Made by a program: the position numbers and the translations under genes. Below, piece by piece: positions 7,873 through 15,861 of a DNA stretch of 25,219 nt (the first letter of the stretch is position 1; the number at the start of each line of letters is the position of its first letter). The DNA lies in assembly GCA_002306985.1 (NCBI GenBank), contig DBTJ01000056.1, forward strand, positions 13,894-39,112, given 5' to 3'. The notes below the pieces were generated by a model. That model was not told where the DNA came from and did no database searches. It was given only the letters and a program-made list of their open reading frames with translations. The stretch is from Verrucomicrobia bacterium UBA1319. Lineage in GTDB: Bacteria; Verrucomicrobiota; Verrucomicrobiia; Limisphaerales; UBA1319.

Positions 7873-8094
7873 CGCGGGGGAACCAAATTCCCGGCTTGCG
7901 CGGGGGGACATACGTGCCAGCGCAGCCAGGACGGGGCGCAAGGCCGCGGGCAACCGCGACCAAGGTCACTTTCAAGACCAAGCCCGTCAGCTAACCTCGT
8001 CGGCCATTGGAAGGGCGACCCTCTTACGCCGCGGAATAACGGCGCACAAGCTCACCCCGTAAAAACAAGCGGCGCCACGCCAGGGCTTTGACTC

Positions 8095-9921
8095 ATGGCG
8101 ACGCGCCAAGCATTGGAGCAAACTATGCACGCAGATATCGCGGTTTTAGCCGCCTTAACCTTGAGTCAGTGGGGCTGGCTGGGAATTGGCGCGCTCGGCG
8201 CGTTGCTGGCCGCCCCCATCGTTACGGGCGCGGTGTTCATTCACGAACGGCAGGTGGGCGTGGTGATTAAAAAATTCGGTTCCCGCTCGCTCGCGCCCGG
8301 TCAGCTCATCGCCCAAGCGGGCGAATCGGGTTACCAGGCGGACACGCTGCCCCCGGGGCTGCACTTCGGCTACTGGATCTGGCAATATCGCGTGATCAAG
8401 GCGCCGGTCATCATCGTGCCCCAGGGCGAAATCGCGCTGGTCGTGGCCGCCGCCGGAGCGTCGATTCCGGCGGAACGGATCTTGGGCAAGATTGTCGCTT
8501 GCGACCATTTCCAAGATAGCCGAAAATTCCTGGCCGACGGCGGCGAGAAAGGCCGTCAATTGGGCATCCTCACTTCCGGCACGTACCGGATCAACAGCGC
8601 CTTGTTCAACGTGATCACCAGCAAGAACGCGATGAATCACGGGATGATGCCCGGGCAACTCCAGTTGCTCCGGGTCGAGCCGGACCAAGTCGGCATGGTC
8701 ACCACGCTCGATGGCAAACCCATCGAAACCGGCGAAATCGCGGGAGCCATCGTGGAAGGACACGACAATTTCCAGAATGGCCAGATCTTTCTCGACCACC
8801 TGGGCCGCCGCGGCTTGCAGGAGCAAATTTTGCTCTCGGGCACCTGGAATTTGAACCCGTGGTTGGTACAGGTGGAGCAAGTGCCCATGGTGCAAATCCC
8901 CATCGGCTATGTCGGCGTCGTCATTTCCTATGTGGGCATGGCGCATGAAGACGTAAGCGGCGCGGCCTTCAAACACGGCGACCTAGTGAATACCGGGCAC
9001 AAAGGCGTCTGGGTGTCCCCGCTATATCCCGGGAAACACCCGATCAACACGCGCATTATGAAAGTGGAGCTGGTGCCCACGACCAACATCGTGCTCAACT
9101 GGGCCAGTCGCACCGAGTCGCACAACTACGACGCCAAGCTTTCGTCGATCACCGTGCGTTCGCGGGACGGTTTCGGTTTCAATCTCGACGTGGCGCAAAT
9201 CATCCACGTGGGCGCGCTGGACGCGCCCAAGGTGATTTCCCGCGTTGGGTCGATGCAAAACCTTGTGGACCACGTACTGCAGCCGATTGTGGGAAATTAT
9301 TTCCGCAATTCGGCGCAAAACCACACGGTGCTCGATTTTCTCGGCGCGCGCAGCGAACGCCAGAAGGAGGCCGCCGAACACATTCGCGCCGCTCTGGGAG
9401 CGTACGATGTCCAAGCCATCGACACGTTGATCGGCGATATCAATCCGCCCGCCGAGCTGATGCAAACCCAAACGGATCGTAAAATCGCCGAAGAACAGCG
9501 CAAGACTTACGAGGTGCAGGAGGCGGCGCAAAAGCAGCGGCAGCAATTGGTCCGGCAAACATCCCTGGCCGATATCCAGCATCAAGTGGTCGGCGCGGAG
9601 CAAGGCGTGAGCATCGCCGAATTAACGGCCAACGCCCACATCAAACAGGCCACCGGCAACGCCGAAGCCGTGCGGCTTCAAGCCCATGGCGAGGCGGAAG
9701 CGATCCGCGCCACCGGCACGGCCAAAGCCGAGGCCTATCGCGCGGGAGTCGAAGCGCTCGGCGCGCCAGGCTACACCGTGATGCAATTGATGCAGACCGT
9801 GGGCGAACGGAATGTCCGCATCGTGCCCGATGTGGCGGTTACCAGCGGATCGCGCACCGGACTAGTGGATGCCATGCTGGCCATGCTCATCAAAGAGCGG
9901 CAGGACGCCAAGCCCGTTTAA
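8095..9921 (+). CDS. Flotillin-like SPFH/band-7 protein (YqiK/FloT family) with an N-terminal membrane anchor
   Basis: 608 aa. N-terminal TM segment (IAVLAALTLSQWGWLGIGALGALLAAPIVTGAVFI), an SPFH-like region, then the flotillin-type Ala/Glu-rich repeat tail: 'EVQEAAQKQRQQLVRQ...LQAHGEAEAIRATGTAKAEAYRAGVEALGAPGYTVMQLMQTV'. This resembles the E. coli YqiK 'AEAEAYRIRTVAEAEA...KAEAYRQYNQAAL' region as recalled. Confidence 0.7.
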   Translation: MATRQALEQTMHADIAVLAALTLSQWGWLGIGALGALLAAPIVTGAVFIHERQVGVVIKKFGSRSLAPGQLIAQAGESGYQADTLPPGLHFGYWIWQYRVIKAPVIIVPQGEIALVVAAAGASIPAERILGKIVACDHFQDSRKFLADGGEKGRQLGILTSGTYRINSALFNVITSKNAMNHGMMPGQLQLLRVEPDQVGMVTTLDGKPIETGEIAGAIVEGHDNFQNGQIFLDHLGRRGLQEQILLSGTWNLNPWLVQVEQVPMVQIPIGYVGVVISYVGMAHEDVSGAAFKHGDLVNTGHKGVWVSPLYPGKHPINTRIMKVELVPTTNIVLNWASRTESHNYDAKLSSITVRSRDGFGFNLDVAQIIHVGALDAPKVISRVGSMQNLVDHVLQPIVGNYFRNSAQNHTVLDFLGARSERQKEAAEHIRAALGAYDVQAIDTLIGDINPPAELMQTQTDRKIAEEQRKTYEVQEAAQKQRQQLVRQTSLADIQHQVVGAEQGVSIAELTANAHIKQATGNAEAVRLQAHGEAEAIRATGTAKAEAYRAGVEALGAPGYTVMQLMQTVGERNVRIVPDVAVTSGSRTGLVDAMLAMLIKERQDAKPV

Positions 9922-9942
9922 CCCAGCCACTCCTCGCACTCG

Positions 9943-9988
9943 CCCGGCAAGGCGGCGCCCCCGCCACGCGCTTTGCCGGGTTCTTTTA
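9943..9988 (+). terminator. Rho-independent terminator candidate downstream of the flotillin gene
   Basis: 8-bp perfect stem cccggcaa (9943-9950) / ttgccggg (9973-9980) enclosing an inner ggcgg/ccgcc pair, followed by ttctttta (9981-9988). Confidence 0.6.
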
Positions 9989-10158
9989 TGGCCGAAAGCC
10001 CCAACTGGTATTCACGATGGCAAGCCCCGCGGACAACTTCCAGGCGGTACTTCCGATTTGTAATCCAGCGGCGCGGCAAATTCTGGGGCAAAGGTTAACC
10101 GCACTTCGTATTTTTTAGCTTTTGCCAAGCCTCGTACCCTGTATAAAGGGGCCGCAAA

Positions 10159-12240
10159 ATGAAAACCAAACCAACTCACGAATGTTCCATTCGTCCCTTC
10201 CCGGGAATGAAATCCGCTTACTTGGCCGCATCCTTGGCGGGACTCCTAGGCTCGACTTGCCTCGCCTCGGCGGCCGAGGAGTCCCAAGGTCGAGATCTTT
10301 ACTCGGACACCTGGGTGGCGCAAGACGCCCTGGGCCGCAAGCTGCCTTCCTTCGCCGAAGTGGGGCCGGTTAAGCAGGGTCAGCGCCGCGTGGTGGGCAT
10401 TTTTTACATCACCTGGCACAGCGATTCGTTGGGCACGCTCAAAAGCCCTTATCTGGCGGACGTCAGCCGCGTGCTCGCGGGCGACCCCACCGCCCGACTG
10501 GACGCCAAGCATCCGTCCTGGATCGAGAGTTCCTATCATTGGGGCGAACCCGAGGCGGGCTATTTCCTAAGCAAGGACGAATACGTCATCCGCAAGGATA
10601 TGGCTATGCTTGCCGACGCCGGGGTGGACGTGCTGGTGATGGACGTCACCAACGCCGTCCGTTATTGGGACGAGTGGGAAGTGGTTTTCACGGTGATGGA
10701 AAAGATGAAGGCGGAAGGCAACCGGGTGCCCAAATTCTGTTTCTGGGCGTTCAACGGCCCGGCCATCACCGTGGTGCAGGATTTGTACGACAAAATCCAC
10801 AAACCGGGGCGGTTCAAAGATCTGTGGTTCGATTGGGATGGCAAACCCCTGCTCCTGTGCAACGGCAACCCCAGTGTGGACGCCAATGGCCAGGGCGTGA
10901 AAAACCCAAACCCGCACTACGAACCCGCCGCGAAAACGGACTCCAAGCATCCCCACTATGGCGACCCGGATTACGCCGAGGAGTTTTACCGGGATTACAC
11001 CAAAGAAGTTAAAAACTTTTACACCTTGCGCACCATGTGGTGGGGCTATTACGAATGGGCCGGAAAACGTTTCGTTGGCACCGAGGATAATTGGAGCTTC
11101 GGGCTGGATATGGGCGATAAGCACGTGAAGGCGATGAAGCCGGACGAGCTCGTTTCCAAGCATAACGGCAAAAAAGAGGAAGCGGCGGTGACGCCCGCGC
11201 AGCATCCCTCGAGCTTGATCGGCAAATCCTGGACCAAAGAACACGGCGAACCGGCCTTGAACGAGCAGGATCTTCCCGAGCCCACCTACGTGCCCTGGCT
11301 CGGCAAAAAAGTGGCGCATCCCGAAGGTTACGGTATCTATTTTCAAGAGCGCTGGAATGACGCGCTGCAAAGCGATCCGGAGTTCCTCTACATCAACGAT
11401 TGGAACGAATGGACCGCCGGCAAGTACTCCCCTGAAAACAACGGCAAGACGCCCTTCATGCGCCGAGACAGCAATTACTTTTTCGTGGATCAGTACAACG
11501 CCGAATTCAACCGCTGCATCCAGCCCATGAAAGGCGGCTACACGGACAATTACTATATGCAGATGGCCCAGAACATCCGGCGCTACAAAGGCGTCCGCCC
11601 CCTGCCGTCCGCGCACGGCTTTAGCCGGGTCAAGATCGACGGCCAATTCGCGGACTGGGCGGGCGTCACTCCGGAGTATCGCGACACGGTGGGCGACACG
11701 TTCCACCGCAACTACGCGGGTTACGGCGGCTTGCGCTACACCAACGACACCGGCCGCAACGACATCATCGCCAGCAAAGCCGCCGTCAGCCGCGACGCGG
11801 TATATTTTTACGCGCAAACCCAGGAGGCGCTCACGCCCCATACGGGCAGCAATTGGATGCTCCTCTTCATCGACGCCGACTTAAACCCCGACACGGGATG
11901 GTGCGGCTACGACTATGTCATCAATCACCAGGTGATTGACGGCAAGACCACCACGATCAAGCGTTACGCCCCCAACACCCCCGGCGGCCCGTGGATCGAA
12001 GTGGCGCGAATTCCCTTGCGCCACGCCGGCAACGCGCTCGAACTGGCCATCCCACGCGAACTGCTCGGGCTCAAGGGGAACACCTTCACCTTCGACTTTC
12101 ATTGGAGCGACAATCCCTCGGATCTGACCGATCCCATCTCGCTTTGCACCAGCGGCGACAGCGCCCCAAACCGACGGTTCAATTACCGCTTCGTATGGGA
12201 AAAATCGGCCGCCCCGGCGGCTCGCGCCAGCGCGCAATAA
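10159..12240 (+). CDS. Secreted putative glycoside hydrolase (N-terminal TIM-barrel-like domain plus C-terminal beta-sandwich); family not assignable by eye
   Basis: 693 aa. Signal peptide (MKSAYLAASLAGLLGSTCLASAAEE); an alternative start is the M at 10207. The alternating beta/alpha pattern with acidic and aromatic motifs (VVGIFYITWH, DVLVMDVTN, YWDEWE, FLYINDWNEWTAG) is typical of GH TIM barrels. The C-terminal approximately 200 aa are beta-rich. TATAAAG lies 12 nt upstream of the 10159 ATG. Confidence 0.45.
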   Translation: MKTKPTHECSIRPFPGMKSAYLAASLAGLLGSTCLASAAEESQGRDLYSDTWVAQDALGRKLPSFAEVGPVKQGQRRVVGIFYITWHSDSLGTLKSPYLADVSRVLAGDPTARLDAKHPSWIESSYHWGEPEAGYFLSKDEYVIRKDMAMLADAGVDVLVMDVTNAVRYWDEWEVVFTVMEKMKAEGNRVPKFCFWAFNGPAITVVQDLYDKIHKPGRFKDLWFDWDGKPLLLCNGNPSVDANGQGVKNPNPHYEPAAKTDSKHPHYGDPDYAEEFYRDYTKEVKNFYTLRTMWWGYYEWAGKRFVGTEDNWSFGLDMGDKHVKAMKPDELVSKHNGKKEEAAVTPAQHPSSLIGKSWTKEHGEPALNEQDLPEPTYVPWLGKKVAHPEGYGIYFQERWNDALQSDPEFLYINDWNEWTAGKYSPENNGKTPFMRRDSNYFFVDQYNAEFNRCIQPMKGGYTDNYYMQMAQNIRRYKGVRPLPSAHGFSRVKIDGQFADWAGVTPEYRDTVGDTFHRNYAGYGGLRYTNDTGRNDIIASKAAVSRDAVYFYAQTQEALTPHTGSNWMLLFIDADLNPDTGWCGYDYVINHQVIDGKTTTIKRYAPNTPGGPWIEVARIPLRHAGNALELAIPRELLGLKGNTFTFDFHWSDNPSDLTDPISLCTSGDSAPNRRFNYRFVWEKSAAPAARASAQ

Positions 12241-12289
12241 CCCGTCGCTTGCCGGGCAATTACGCCAAAGCGCCCGCGCGTTGGAGCGA

Positions 12290-12345
12290 CAAAAAAACCG
12301 CGGGGCTGGCCCCCGGTACTTGGCCAGCCCCTGATCTAGGTTTTA
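12290..12345. terminator. Bidirectional intrinsic terminator between convergent genes
   Basis: Perfect 10-bp stem ggggctggcc (12302-12311) / ggccagcccc (12322-12331) with a 10-nt loop. An A7 run lies immediately upstream (this is the U-tract for the minus-strand gene) and ...ctaggtttta downstream for the plus-strand gene. Confidence 0.7.
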
Positions 12346-12386
12346 TGGGTAAATGAACCGGGGCTCGCGCCCCGCGCGCGGCCTCG

Positions 12387-14063
12387 CTATTTCGGTCGCA
12401 ACCGCCCGCCATTCGCCAGCGTGTACGTCTTGCCATCAAGCCATCGGTTGGCGGCCAGGCTGGCGTCATAGCGCACCTCATGGCCATCGCCGCGAATATT
12501 GGGGATGGCGCCATCCACGATGCTTTTGGCATCGGTGAAGCTCGTAACCAGGGAATCTTTGGTCACCACCCAGGTGCTGGTGGCATCGAGCGCGAGCGCG
12601 CCGCCTTGAATCGCGCCGGTTAGCGTTGTTCCATTGCGCAAGGAGGCCGACACCGAGCTGATTTTGTCGCAAGTGATATCGCCCGCCAGGGTCTGGCCGT
12701 CGGCGGTGAACACGGCATGGCCGCCATTCGCTCCGCTGCGTCCCCAGCGACCCGCGCTGGCGTTGATGAGCACTCCGGAGGCGGCCACCACTTCGACGCC
12801 GGACAAGTCGATGACCCCCGTCGAATTCGCCACGTAAAACAGCGGCCCGGCGGCGGCTTTGAACGATCCGCCTTTCATCGTAAAGGCGCCCCGCCGGCCC
12901 TCGGCGTCGCCCGAAAAACTCTGGTAAATCATCACTCCGCATTTGGCGGCGCAGGTGAGCGCGCAATTCGTCAAGGTGACGGAGTTTTTTCCCTCGATCA
13001 CGACCGCCTCGGAAGCGGTGGCGGTAAAGGTGGCGCCGGAAGCCTGAATAGCGCCGGTCGAATAGATCCCCGGTGACGTGGTGCCGCGAGTCGTCATCGC
13101 GCCGCCCTCGACGTAAACCATGCCGCCGCCGCGGTCCGTGGCCACAGCCGCCGCGCGGGTGCGCGAGGTGGTAATCGTCACATTGGTGAGCGCCAAAGCG
13201 CCGCGCGCGCTCGCCATCGCCCCGTGGCCCGCGTCGCCGGCCGCCACAATGGTCCCGCCAGTCATCGCCACGGACGAGCCTATGCCTGAGGCAAAAAGCC
13301 CGTTAGCCCCGTGGCCGGTGGTTTTGATCGAACCGCCCAGCAGCGTGATTTTGCCCCCCTTGGCGGCGAGTACTCCGGCGTTAAGCCCGTAAAAACTGCT
13401 GTTTTCTTCGGAAGACGTATGGCCGCTGGTGACCACGATCGGATTGTCCAAGCTCAGTTTGCCGCCGTTCAAGACGCACACGCCGGAGACGTCCATATTC
13501 GTCGAAACATACGTCCCACCGGTGAAATTCGTGACAATCCCGTCCACCAGCAACACCCCGCTCAGCTTATAAGCGCCTCGCTCGCCCGTGCCTGGCGGAC
13601 GGTTGGAGGACTTGGATTTGCCCCCGGGACCACGATTAGAGGGAGGCCTGCCGGAGTCGCCACCGAACGAGGGTCCGCCCGCATCGAACGACGAGCGGCC
13701 GCCACTCCGCTCCGAGAAACCACCACTGGAGCTTGCGCCACTGACACTACTCACCGAGGACTGATCCTCGCCACCGCCGCCGGACATCGGTCCACCCTCG
13801 TCTCCGCCCGGCATCGGCTCCCCTTCCTCAGCGCCGCCCGGTCCGCCGTCCGGTCCGCCACCAGGCCCGCCGCCAGGACCGCCACCGGATGGCGGCTCCT
13901 GCCCCTTTACCCCACTAGCGGGGCCGACCGCCAGCAACGCCAAAATCAGCGCCCCCGCCGCGCCGCGGCAGAAATTACGGAGGCCGACACCGCCCGATTT
14001 CACCACCACAACGTCTGCGCGCCTATCCCGGTTGCGATCCTCTTCAGGTTTCATAACTTTCAT
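12387..14063 (-). CDS. Secreted protein with an approximately 110-aa Gly/Pro/Ser-rich low-complexity linker followed by a repetitive beta-helix-like (pectate-lyase-fold / adhesin-like) domain
   Basis: 558 aa with a signal peptide (GAAGALILALLAVGPASG). Linker residues 55-165 read 'PPSGGGPGGGPGGGPDGGPGGAEEGEPMPGGDEGGPMSGGGG...SGGRSSFDAGGPSFGGDSGRPPSNRGPGG'. The remainder is Gly/Thr/Ser/Ala/Asn-rich with periodic 'TGG', 'NGG', 'GxIxL' and 'VT..T' strands typical of right-handed beta-helices. The C-terminus shares a module with other secreted proteins here (see findings). Confidence 0.55.
   Translation of the reverse strand: MKVMKPEEDRNRDRRADVVVVKSGGVGLRNFCRGAAGALILALLAVGPASGVKGQEPPSGGGPGGGPGGGPDGGPGGAEEGEPMPGGDEGGPMSGGGGEDQSSVSSVSGASSSGGFSERSGGRSSFDAGGPSFGGDSGRPPSNRGPGGKSKSSNRPPGTGERGAYKLSGVLLVDGIVTNFTGGTYVSTNMDVSGVCVLNGGKLSLDNPIVVTSGHTSSEENSSFYGLNAGVLAAKGGKITLLGGSIKTTGHGANGLFASGIGSSVAMTGGTIVAAGDAGHGAMASARGALALTNVTITTSRTRAAAVATDRGGGMVYVEGGAMTTRGTTSPGIYSTGAIQASGATFTATASEAVVIEGKNSVTLTNCALTCAAKCGVMIYQSFSGDAEGRRGAFTMKGGSFKAAAGPLFYVANSTGVIDLSGVEVVAASGVLINASAGRWGRSGANGGHAVFTADGQTLAGDITCDKISSVSASLRNGTTLTGAIQGGALALDATSTWVVTKDSLVTSFTDAKSIVDGAIPNIRGDGHEVRYDASLAANRWLDGKTYTLANGGRLRPK
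13835..13895. repeat. Imperfect tandem 12-bp repeat (ccgccNccNggN, x5) encoding (G)GGP repeats of the low-complexity linker
   Basis: Seen directly: ccgcccggt ccgccgtccggt ccgccaccaggc ccgccgccagga ccgccaccggat on the plus strand, which reads GGGPGGGPGGGPDGGPGG on the minus strand. Confidence 0.6.
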
Positions 14064-14217
14064 CAGTTTGATGCCTTCAACTGTTGAGAGCTTACGCCTT
14101 CGAAGCTTAAGAAAGCATTAAACCCGCGAAGTATTCCGAAGATTTCAGGTTACAAATGCGCCACGGAACTAACGCACCCAAGCGCCGACTAGAGTGATCG
14201 ACGTTTTTTTGCGGCAC

Positions 14218-15861
14218 TTACCCATCGAGTGGTTCCCAGCGCCGCTGGCCAATCCGAGTTCGCAATCCAATATAAGCCGCGATCGCCAGCCCGGATTCCA
14301 CGAACACCAACCACCCAAACCAGCCACCGGACCAAGCCGCCGCCGCCAGCCCGGACAACACCAACGACAATAACATCAATCCGAACATGCTGAGCCCGCG
14401 CCCGGCGCTTTTCGCCTCCTCCGAGGGCGCCGAGAACGGCACAAACGCCGCTGTCGCGCAAGGTACCAGCGAAATGGCCGGCAGGGCGATGAGCCCCGGC
14501 AACAACAGCAATAATTGGGAACGATCCGGAGCCAAAAACCAAGCCGCAACCGCATACACAACCAGCAGTGGCGCCAACAATAGCCATACCACCGCCTGCC
14601 GCGCGCCCAGGGCGAGCGGCGCGGGCCCGGCGAGCGGGGCCAATCGGAACAAATCCGCCGCCTGCCATTGTTGCGAAAACCGCAGCATCTGCATCGCTAA
14701 CACGGGAATCAGACAAATATAGGTGCCGCCCAGCACGATGCCAAACGAGCCCAGGCCAGCTTTGCCATGGCTTTGCCACAGCAGCAATATGGGAAACACG
14801 AGCAGCGGCGCCAAACCGGGAAAAACGCGCAGCTTGACCTCGCGGTCGCGAACCAAGTAAGCTGCGGCAAGCAGAAACGAGGCGCGCGCGACCGGATCGC
14901 GCAACCCCCAGCAAAGGGGCGGCAGACCCGCCAGACGGTTAAGCCAGCGGCGCGGGGAACCGGGGGGCGACGGCCGGGCGGGCGCCGCCTCAGAGAGCGT
15001 TTGCAGTCCCAGTTCATAGTCGCGCGCCAATCGGCCAAACGACAACCAGAGCACGCCCGTCGTAACGACCACGCCAAACGCCCCCAGCGCCCATGAACTA
15101 GCGTCGCCGCTCCCCGCCAAGGCATCGTCGAAACCCGCGAACCACGCCGGTGGCAGCAAGCCAACCCACCACGCCTCCAGGCTCAGCGGCGCGCGGTCGG
15201 AAAACCGCCCGAGCAATTGCGGCGCCAGTTGCGCGCCCAGCACGGCAAAGATAGCCGTGAACACTTGGGCGGTGGTCATCACGCCATCCAGCCGCTCGCG
15301 GCCGAACCAGCGCAGGCAGAGCTGATACACGAGCACGACGGACCCGGCGCAAAAAAGCGCCGCCAGCACCGTCGAAAGGGCATGCGCCAGCGGGAAGCCC
15401 CAGCCGCCGTTGCGGCACCAGACCCCCACAAAGAACCCCGTCAAATTGAAAGCCCCCGCCAGCCAAAGGGAAACTTGCGCCAGCACCCCGACTTTCGCCC
15501 GCAGTAAAGCTTTCGGCGTCACCGGCCGGTGCAGCAAAATATCCGCCTCCTGGGAGTTGAATAGCATCTCGCCCGCCGAGCCCGCCACGAGCATCCCCAA
15601 AAATACCAGCGTCATCGCGTGCAAATAGAGCGCGAGCCCGAACACGGGTTTTCCCCAAAAGACGAACGCCATGAGCCCCATCAAGGTGTAAATCACCAAA
15701 GTTAACAGCAGCCTGGAGCCGATGGATTTTGGCGCGCTTTCCTTATGCAGCCCCCGCGCGCTCCGGCCGCGCAGGAAGAGCGTGAGAAAGAGCCGATGGA
15801 GCGTGCGCTCCATGGAGGGCGCCCTCGGGATGGGCGGCGACTGGTTGGCGGCGGCGCTCAT
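14218..15861 (-). CDS. ABC-2-type exporter permease, unusually long (547 aa, roughly 12 predicted TM helices, apparently two fused 6-TM halves)
   Basis: Highly hydrophobic with many predicted helices. Its start overlaps the stop of the upstream ABC ATPase gene by 4 bp (15858-15861), which implies translational coupling in an operon. Confidence 0.6.
   Translation of the reverse strand: MSAAANQSPPIPRAPSMERTLHRLFLTLFLRGRSARGLHKESAPKSIGSRLLLTLVIYTLMGLMAFVFWGKPVFGLALYLHAMTLVFLGMLVAGSAGEMLFNSQEADILLHRPVTPKALLRAKVGVLAQVSLWLAGAFNLTGFFVGVWCRNGGWGFPLAHALSTVLAALFCAGSVVLVYQLCLRWFGRERLDGVMTTAQVFTAIFAVLGAQLAPQLLGRFSDRAPLSLEAWWVGLLPPAWFAGFDDALAGSGDASSWALGAFGVVVTTGVLWLSFGRLARDYELGLQTLSEAAPARPSPPGSPRRWLNRLAGLPPLCWGLRDPVARASFLLAAAYLVRDREVKLRVFPGLAPLLVFPILLLWQSHGKAGLGSFGIVLGGTYICLIPVLAMQMLRFSQQWQAADLFRLAPLAGPAPLALGARQAVVWLLLAPLLVVYAVAAWFLAPDRSQLLLLLPGLIALPAISLVPCATAAFVPFSAPSEEAKSAGRGLSMFGLMLLSLVLSGLAAAAWSGGWFGWLVFVESGLAIAAYIGLRTRIGQRRWEPLDG

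Noticed and set aside
7816-8270. TTG-initiated ORFs 7816..8091 and 8088..8270 in the flotillin leader and start region
   Set aside because: Gly/Arg/Pro-rich nonsense translations with TTG starts. The second overlaps the flotillin start out of frame.
10567-11841. 424-aa ORF on the minus strand inside the GH-like gene. Similar long antisense or out-of-frame ORFs occur at 2084..2776, 5578..6303, 6128..6670, 8155..8976, 9022..9603, 13311..14087, 14709..15164, 15951..16664, 17726..18514 and 20360..21031.
   Set aside because: These are typical shadow ORFs of GC-rich coding DNA. Their compositions are dominated by Arg/Ala/Gly/Pro, no motifs are recognisable, and each is fully overlapped by a well-supported gene on the other strand or in another frame.
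13835-13895. Short tandem repeat considered as a possible CRISPR-like or minisatellite array
   Set aside because: It is an in-frame codon repeat (GGP units) inside a well-supported CDS. There are no spacer-repeat alternations and no cas genes.
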